A stretch of DNA of 64,000 bases from a virus (lineage: Duplodnaviria; Caudoviricetes): IMG/VR virus record IMGVR_UViG_3300033069_001852. One strand, 5' to 3'. Positions within the stretch are counted from its first letter, which is position 1; each line of letters opens with the position of its first letter. Made by a program: the position numbers and the translations under genes. Positions 58,501 to 64,000 of this stretch are shown here, piece by piece. The notes beneath the pieces are model-generated. The model saw nothing but the letters and a program-made list of their open reading frames with translations, made no database searches and was not told the origin of the DNA.

Positions 58501-60085
58501 AATTAACGCAGGCACGATCATTGGAACATATGGAGTATCAGGAAGCACTAGCACATCAAGTTATGTGTTAGTAACTTCATCAAGCTTTTCTTCAGCGTCT
58601 TTATCAGCAAGTTATGCTTTAACTGCTTCCTACGCATTAAACGGGGGCGGAGCAGGAATAATCGCCGGGGGTTCTTACAATATCAGTTCTAGTTGGGCAT
58701 CAGCCTCATTGAGCAGTTCATATTTAGCTCCGGGACAGACCTATAGTTTAATAATAACAAGTTCAACCAATTGGATCACCTGTAGTTTTGGAATCCCAAA
58801 TCAAGTTGTAAATTTACCGGCCGCATTAAATTATCGTTTTACCGCGAGTAACCTACCTATTACTGGTCAGGTAAACGATATAGCCCTATACATTAATCAC
58901 TCTGCGGCTGGATCTAGTTCACTTTCTTTCCCCACCAATTGGAAAAATGTTGGCGGAGGTTGGCCGGCAACTATTCAGTCGGGAACAGTCGGTGTTCTTT
59001 GGTTACGTGCCATTGACACCTCTTCAATCGTTGGTTCCTTTAGTGTTTCTGGTAGCATCAATTCCTCGGCAAGTTATGCGTTAACAGCCTCTTATGCGTT
59101 AAACGGAGGCGGCGCAGGAACTTCATTGAATACTGGAAGTTTATATCCAATAACGGCCAGCTGGGCAAAAACTTCCAGCGCAGTCACCATTACGGATATC
59201 GGTAATCCCAACACCGAATACGGCGTCGTTTTCGATGCCGGCACTGGTGGAAATTTAGCTCGCAACGGCGGAGGTACAAGCCTCTATTCCTTCAATCCTT
59301 CAACGGGTTCGTTTAAAGCTTCAGTTTTCATTGGCGACCTGACAGGAACTGCGGCACGAGCGACAACCGCGTCGATTCTTGTACCTAGCCAAAGTTACTC
59401 CCTAATAACAGTTGGGATTGGAAATAAAATTACTTGTAGTTTTAGTATTCCGAATCAAACCATAAGTTTGTCCACGGCTAGCATTTACAATTTTGTCGTT
59501 AGTGATTTACCACCATCAAATATGGTATCAGATGTTGGGTTGTTTATCTCTCATTCCGCAGCCAGTTCTAGTTCCTTGGTTTTTCCGAGCAACTGGAAAA
59601 ATATTGGTTCTGGTTGGCCGAGTAATATTGCAGGCGGAACGGTTGCGGTTCTTTGGTTACGTTCCATTGGCAATTCAATTATTGGGACCTATGGGGTGTC
59701 GGGAAGTTCAAGCGGAACGAGCAATTCTTCAAGTTCTAGTTCTACTTCTTCTTATTTACTATCATCTAACATTGGAGAGTATCGTTTCATATCAGCAAGC
59801 GCAAATGCTCTCACCACTTCCTCTCTGTTTACGGTTCAAACCGCGAGTTATGATGGATGCTTTTTCAATTACATAGCCAAGGGTGGTTCCAATCGCCGAG
59901 CGGGAATTTTTACTAGTATGTGGAGTGGTTCTTTAGTATCATTCAACGAAGTGCCCACGGCGGACTTGGGTGACGCATCGGCCTTGAATATAAATGTGGT
60001 TGTATCAGGACCAAATGTGGTATTCCAAGCAGAAAATTCGTCGGCGACAAATTATCAAATAAAAGCAAGCGTTACAAGCATGTAA
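55559..60085 (+). CDS. Modular Ser/Ala-rich fibre-like virion protein (about 1508 aa)
   Basis: Start set at ATG 55559. SASWAS/SASYA repeats, three WKN(I/V)G.GWP..WLR modules and one DIGNPNTEY module shared with 40367..46468. Confidence 0.75.
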   Translation: MPGATPYYSKAKDVFLQRRTADGHFEEWGVTVQPNAVIATDAANNVVSIPISSPVFGAGTPLATGSTYPITSSWAESTVIAVSASWTPNSLSASYANNATLAELATNAILATDANFSINASYASQSISASYAPVELDFSSSVSDQINNKQTIIVSGSSFYITSSQSEISIYSVQAESASWASSSLNALAANTAETASFSIYSSTAESASYSAYSPSAESSSYAMSSSAAASASYSIYSSTAESSSYAASASWAPSSTMAGSASWASSSLSASYISVANLPAHTASWANNSVNSNRATQSLFAISSSWASASISASYITASNIVGVMVTSSYAHAATSASWCATGSYFYYVFYDVTQSLTYVVSASWSTSSFRAQFASQSILAISSSWASSSLSASYINVNNLPSHTASWAWNALDADQANLATQSIFATQSMYALSASWASSSLSASYIAVNNLPAHTSSWANTASLATAINFVPRTSTFSTQSIYATQSIYATQSSFALSASWASSSISSSYTTTASFWNSSSVITLINTKQSNLETGSTIPFTSSWATDVVNDRMVVTGSTYPITASWANTASFWNSGSVVTSINTKQNNIATGSIVPFTSSWAQNSFSASLALAANVTSQAIYSSQSVFSTQSLWATNSLNAVSSSRASSSLSASYALTASYALNAGGSGTTLSTGSLYPITASQAVSSSRAVSSVSASYSLTASYSLNGGGSGTTLNTGSLYPITASQAISASYAPGNPSISASYATSASYALFTSTALTVSASWASQSAFAPVIFSNVQVINGQLLILSTDTNTWYSLGVSDDGMGSYTTNLTPTTNTGSYYASGSFYYATITSSVSASWASSSVSASYALTASYALNGGSGGGSSISASWASSSLSASYVTSYQSYVILATGSGNWITCSFGTTNQQVNLTTALAYNLTHSNIAPANQVADTSLYISHSANATSSLNFPSTWKNIGSGWPSTIAGNTVAVVWLRSINAGTIIGTYGVSGSTSTSSYVLVTSSSFSSASLSASYALTASYALNGGGAGIIAGGSYNISSSWASASLSSSYLAPGQTYSLIITSSTNWITCSFGIPNQVVNLPAALNYRFTASNLPITGQVNDIALYINHSAAGSSSLSFPTNWKNVGGGWPATIQSGTVGVLWLRAIDTSSIVGSFSVSGSINSSASYALTASYALNGGGAGTSLNTGSLYPITASWAKTSSAVTITDIGNPNTEYGVVFDAGTGGNLARNGGGTSLYSFNPSTGSFKASVFIGDLTGTAARATTASILVPSQSYSLITVGIGNKITCSFSIPNQTISLSTASIYNFVVSDLPPSNMVSDVGLFISHSAASSSSLVFPSNWKNIGSGWPSNIAGGTVAVLWLRSIGNSIIGTYGVSGSSSGTSNSSSSSSTSSYLLSSNIGEYRFISASANALTTSSLFTVQTASYDGCFFNYIAKGGSNRRAGIFTSMWSGSLVSFNEVPTADLGDASALNINVVVSGPNVVFQAENSSATNYQIKASVTSM
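57002..57037 (+). repeat. Perfect 18-nt tandem duplication (ACGCAATCAATATATGCT x2; TQSIYA)
   Basis: Read directly from the sequence. Confidence 0.85.
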
Positions 60086-60129
60086 TATTTTAATTAAAAA
60101 TCCGAACATCGGACTATGTATAATCAGTT

Positions 60130-60408
60130 ATGAATACCCCTATAAAAATATCCGGCGACGAACTCGCCGAAATAAAAATGTTACAGAACAAGGTCAGCCA
60201 AAAAGTCTTTGAGTTCGGCAATTTAGGAATTGAGAAAATTGAAATTGACCGAGCGGTCCAATCCTTTGTGGAAAAAGATAAAAAGTTAAGAGAAGAATGG
60301 GATGGTTTACAAAGGATGGAACGGGAATTTGTGAACAAACTTATCAAGAAATACGGGGAAGGCGACCTGGATCTAAAAGAAGGCACTTTCACCCCCTCAC
60401 CAAAATAA
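60130..60408 (+). CDS. Small coiled-coil protein (possible fibre-assembly chaperone)
   Basis: 92 aa heptad-rich ORF ending KYGEGDLDLKEGTF, directly after the fibre gene. Confidence 0.65.
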   Translation: MNTPIKISGDELAEIKMLQNKVSQKVFEFGNLGIEKIEIDRAVQSFVEKDKKLREEWDGLQRMEREFVNKLIKKYGEGDLDLKEGTFTPSPK

Positions 60409-60474
60409 TGCGTACGGTTCTTGGTGTTTTATTTCTATATTTATACGCCAATTAATAGTGTAGTAACTCCAGAT

Positions 60475-61446
60475 ATGTGTAACGAAAAATTATTAAACTT
60501 ACCAACTTTAATGTCAGGTTCTAAAATGCGTATAAAATGGAATTCAAAAATTTCAGGGATTTATGCTTGGGTTAATGAATTAAATGGAAAAATGTATGTG
60601 GGACAAGCTACTAATTTCTATAGGCGGATTTATGATGAAATGAATGGTTTTAAGAATAATAAGGATCAAAATCTTAAAAAACTTTACAACGCAGTAAAGA
60701 AATATGGAATTTCTAATTTCAGGGTAATTAAGTTGTTGGAGTCCCCCGTGGTTTATTTGAATAAGTTGGAATGTCTTCTTATAGGATATTACGATACAAA
60801 AGAAAAAGGTTACAATTGTACGCTCGGTGGAGAAGGTAGTGTCAATCACATAGTAACCTCTGAACAAATAGAAAAACACAAACAAACTATGAACAAATAC
60901 TGGAATGAGGATCGGAGAACTATCCATTCCAATAAAATGAAAATTTGGTTTAACTCTAAAACAATCCGTGACCAAGAACGTATGATATCTGGAAACGGCT
61001 GGTGGTTAAATCCAGAAATAAAGGAAAAACATCTCTCCAACACCAGATCATCAATGACTAGTCGCCGAGTGGAACAACAAAAATTATCATTGAAGAAGTT
61101 CTATAAAACGAACAAAAATAAAAATTGTATGAATAGAGAAATAATCTCTCCGACGAATGATGTGGTAAAAATAAATGGATTGTGCTCGTTTTGTAAAATG
61201 TATAAAATAGGAATGAAAGGTATCGTGCGTGTTATTCGTGGAGAACACAAACATTACAAAGGATGGCACATAGACCCAGGGTTTGTATATATGCCTAACG
61301 TGGAGTACGTGCGGGATAATTCTGGTAGAATTCATTCCTTTACATCCATTTCACAGTTCTGTAAGAACAATGGGATCGATAGGGGAAATTTGAGAAAAGT
61401 GTTAAATGGGATAGGTAATTCGTGTGGAGGATTTCAAAAATTATAA
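60475..61446 (+). CDS. GIY-YIG homing endonuclease
   Basis: SGIYAWVNELNGKMYVGQA..R, GYNCTLGGEG, and two C-terminal FCK..(I)....(L/I)..V..G HTH repeats; AT-rich. Start is uncertain (60475 or 60511). Confidence 0.85.
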   Translation: MCNEKLLNLPTLMSGSKMRIKWNSKISGIYAWVNELNGKMYVGQATNFYRRIYDEMNGFKNNKDQNLKKLYNAVKKYGISNFRVIKLLESPVVYLNKLECLLIGYYDTKEKGYNCTLGGEGSVNHIVTSEQIEKHKQTMNKYWNEDRRTIHSNKMKIWFNSKTIRDQERMISGNGWWLNPEIKEKHLSNTRSSMTSRRVEQQKLSLKKFYKTNKNKNCMNREIISPTNDVVKINGLCSFCKMYKIGMKGIVRVIRGEHKHYKGWHIDPGFVYMPNVEYVRDNSGRIHSFTSISQFCKNNGIDRGNLRKVLNGIGNSCGGFQKL

Positions 61447-61515
61447 AAGAAAATATGTTTATGAATTTTTGAATATATTTATATTTAGTGGTAACCAAAA
61501 AGGAAAGATAATACA

Positions 61516-64000
61516 ATGCCAATACAAGAAGGTGGAACATTTCAGCCGCACTCAAGGATCGTGAGTCCTGGAGTTTTTACGCGTGAATTTGATCAGAGCG
61601 GGATCGCCCAAGGCGTCCAAGATATCGGCGGAGTCGTCGTTGCCCCATTTCCTAAAGGTCCGGGGTTTTCTCCGACTCTTGTCCGTGATGTTGCCACACT
61701 GGAAGACCGCTTCGGCGTTGCCGACGGCACATTCTATGGCCCATATACGGCTAAGGAATACCTTTTGGAGCGGGGCTTGGTCACGGTTTGTCGCGTGGGC
61801 GCACTAACTGGCTACCACCAGAAGTATCCTTTTGTCCTTTATGCGATAAAAGGTGAATATGACCGCAATATTGACAGCGGTTCTCTGTCTGTATCCGGTT
61901 CTGTTCTGTCGCTTTCCGATAGTCTGATCGCATCTTCTTCCGCCAACCTCAGCAATGTTTCTTCTGGAATTCTCTGGAATACAACCACGACGACGACCAG
62001 TGCGTCTTTTGTTTTTGTAACTGGATCGGTCCAAGTTAAAGGCGTTCCTTTTACTGCCACTTTTGTAAATGCGGCAGGTACTGGAACCAGTCCGTTCGGT
62101 ACGGCGGCTAGTGGTTCATTGTATTACAATGGTCAGTCCGCCAATATCGGTTATCTATCGGCTACGACCGTAACCAATATTCTAATTTCAGTTAGCACCA
62201 GCAGTTTGAGTGGTAGTTCCGCTACGACCAGCAGTTTGATGAAGTATTTGTTGACCAATAGTGCGTTTTCTTCATCCTGGAATGGAACGGTCACCTTAGC
62301 TAGTGGTTCAGATCCCTTCGATTATTCCGTCCAGAATCCTGTGTATTTGACTCAGGGCGGTATTCAAGCTATTTCTGGTGCTTGTGCGTCATATATTTAC
62401 GGCATCAGCGGAATCGTTTCGGGAGAATTCGGTGCGTATACCGGAACCTTTACTCCTAATGGCACGCCGACTTTTGATCCCTGTGCCAATGTTTGGACTT
62501 CCGGTAGTGCGGATTACCGCGTTTTGGCGGTGTTGGGTGATACCCAGTATGGTGGTATTAACAGCAGCTTGGAAGCTCCTGGATTCAGTGGTTCTTCGAT
62601 GACGACTGCGAGCCGGATTCAGAATTCTGTAACGATTCCAACAACTTACGATATCACTTTGAAATCCACCGATAGTTCCGCGACCATTGGCACGTATCGT
62701 GTTGATCTGGACGCGGCAAGCACCAAGTATATTTCCAATGTGTTTAGCGCCGATGCCACCGGCGGAGACCCTGACAAACAGGTCGCCGGTCAGAAAATTG
62801 AAGCCGCTTATTTGTATAAGTTCTTCGCCAATAGTTTGGCTACGGTTGCGGCAAACAAGAAAGATTGGTTCATTTCCGGAAGTGTTCTTCCTGATTATAC
62901 CTTCGCGGGTGAAGCGCTTAAATTGGTGGATGATTATTCACTAAATTTAACGGAGGGCGATTCCCAATTCGCATTGACCAATGCGTCCACTCCGTGGGTC
63001 GTATCCCAGAAAATTGCTCCGTGGCAGACGGGCAGCGCCGAAACGCGGTTCCGTTTGTTCAAAGTTCACACCTTAAGCGATGGTACCAACACTAATACCG
63101 ATTACAAGATTGAAATATCCAACGTCAAGTTGTCCGGCACCGTCGCGGGTAGTGATTGGGGTTCTTTCACCCTCACGGTTCGCAAATACAGCGACACTGA
63201 TAAGAAGCCGGTGATTTTGGAATCTTTCCGTAATTGTAATCTTGATCCAACATCCGCAAATTATGTTGCTCGGCGGATTGGTAATGCTTATCGTTACATC
63301 GATTTCAATGGCAAAGTTCTTGAATTCGGCGATTTTAGCAACAACAGCCGTCACATTCGTATTGAAATGAATGGTGATGTTCTCCCGACCACCGCGGTGC
63401 CTTATGGTTTTGAAGCGTATTCCACGCCCATTAACAGTTCCGCGGGTCGTTGGATTCCGACGATGAAATACACCAAGGCTTCCGTGTATAGCGGCAATCC
63501 TGGAAAATATCCGTCCGGTATAACTTTTGATGACGCTCCGACCGGCGCCGATTCTGAATTGGCGAGCCTGTATCCCACCAGCTCGACTGGAATTGGGGCA
63601 TCAGATGACAATAAGCAATACTTCGCTCCGTTGCCTGAATTTGGGGCTTATGGTAGCATTGGAGGTAATTCCGTGTTCGCCTTGGATGAAGTTATCACGG
63701 CCAACGGCGTCGGTTTCGGCAGTTTGTTAAGCGCCGCCTTAAGCGGTTCGGTTCCGGCTGAATATGATAGCGTCAACGAAAACACTTACACAAAGATGCG
63801 TAAGTTTGTATTCGGTTTCCAAGGTGGCTTTGATGGTCAGAGCCCCGCAATTCCGATTAATGTCGGCGCCGACATCACTGCGGGTAACACCCAGGGTTTG
63901 AATTGTGTCAATAGCACCTCCGCCGGGTCCATTGCTTACAAACAATGTATTGGCGCTTTGAGCAATGCGGATGAATTTGATATCAATCTGATTGTTGCTC
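61516..64000 (+). CDS. Tail sheath protein (3'-partial; absent from the ORF track)
   Basis: Manual translation MPIQEGGTFQPHSRIVSPGVFTREFDQS...PFPKGP...FG...Y...VCRV, later NLDPTSANYVARRIG and GFQGGFDG; the frame appears to run off the window end. Confidence 0.9.
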   Translation, partial: MPIQEGGTFQPHSRIVSPGVFTREFDQSGIAQGVQDIGGVVVAPFPKGPGFSPTLVRDVATLEDRFGVADGTFYGPYTAKEYLLERGLVTVCRVGALTGYHQKYPFVLYAIKGEYDRNIDSGSLSVSGSVLSLSDSLIASSSANLSNVSSGILWNTTTTTTSASFVFVTGSVQVKGVPFTATFVNAAGTGTSPFGTAASGSLYYNGQSANIGYLSATTVTNILISVSTSSLSGSSATTSSLMKYLLTNSAFSSSWNGTVTLASGSDPFDYSVQNPVYLTQGGIQAISGACASYIYGISGIVSGEFGAYTGTFTPNGTPTFDPCANVWTSGSADYRVLAVLGDTQYGGINSSLEAPGFSGSSMTTASRIQNSVTIPTTYDITLKSTDSSATIGTYRVDLDAASTKYISNVFSADATGGDPDKQVAGQKIEAAYLYKFFANSLATVAANKKDWFISGSVLPDYTFAGEALKLVDDYSLNLTEGDSQFALTNASTPWVVSQKIAPWQTGSAETRFRLFKVHTLSDGTNTNTDYKIEISNVKLSGTVAGSDWGSFTLTVRKYSDTDKKPVILESFRNCNLDPTSANYVARRIGNAYRYIDFNGKVLEFGDFSNNSRHIRIEMNGDVLPTTAVPYGFEAYSTPINSSAGRWIPTMKYTKASVYSGNPGKYPSGITFDDAPTGADSELASLYPTSSTGIGASDDNKQYFAPLPEFGAYGSIGGNSVFALDEVITANGVGFGSLLSAALSGSVPAEYDSVNENTYTKMRKFVFGFQGGFDGQSPAIPINVGADITAGNTQGLNCVNSTSAGSIAYKQCIGALSNADEFDINLIVA

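Noticed and set aside
40367-60085. CRISPR array or DGR template/variable repeats suggested by recurring sequences
   Set aside because: The repeats are in-frame protein modules without regular spacers. I saw no adenine-specific mismatch pattern, and no reverse transcriptase or cas gene is in the window.
61583-63945. Short ORFs listed in the track in the last 2.5 kb
   Set aside because: All overlap the tail sheath reading frame starting at 61516, which the track missed because it has no stop in the window.
1-64000. Stop-codon reassignment, as in some large phages
   Set aside because: Core genes (terminase, portal, capsid, SbcCD) are full length in the standard code and coding density is high.
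1-64000. Host assignment (e.g. Bacteroidota, from scarce Shine-Dalgarno sites)
   Set aside because: Scarce SD sites can be explained by leaderless late transcripts, and the two sigma70-like promoters are weak evidence; the host cannot be determined from this window.

Overview
This window is a 64 kb segment of a large T4-like (myovirus-type) dsDNA phage genome, read in the standard genetic code and densely coding. It holds a replication/recombination pair (DnaG-like primase, fused Mre11-Rad50/gp47-gp46) and the head module (terminase large subunit, portal, gp21-like prohead protease, scaffold, major capsid). It also holds neck/tail-completion genes (gp13/14/15-like), the 5' part of a tail sheath gene missing from the ORF track, several large Ser/Ala/Thr-rich fibre-like proteins and about five free-standing homing-type endonucleases. 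The most notable observations are: (1) A shared N-terminal leader, roughly M-x(1-6)-L-[K/T]-x-[ILM]-[LIV]-x-E, occurs on more than a dozen unrelated proteins. These include nearly the whole minus-strand operon of lysozyme, GNAT, ART-like protein, Pol-beta nucleotidyltransferase, CCA-adding enzyme and 2H/Acb1-like phosphoesterase, and a separately encoded RNA-ligase-like protein has a looser match. This suggests protease-cleaved capsid targeting of an injected RNA-repair/anti-defence enzyme cargo. (2) A TATTTAT(A) motif, the reverse complement of the T4 late promoter, lies on the coding strand in front of 17 genes. (3) Two divergent modular fibre genes share exact 65-nt inverted repeats. (4) [S/T]-[G/A]-S tripeptides are strongly enriched in virion proteins. 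All functional calls come from motif recognition by eye; no database searches were run.
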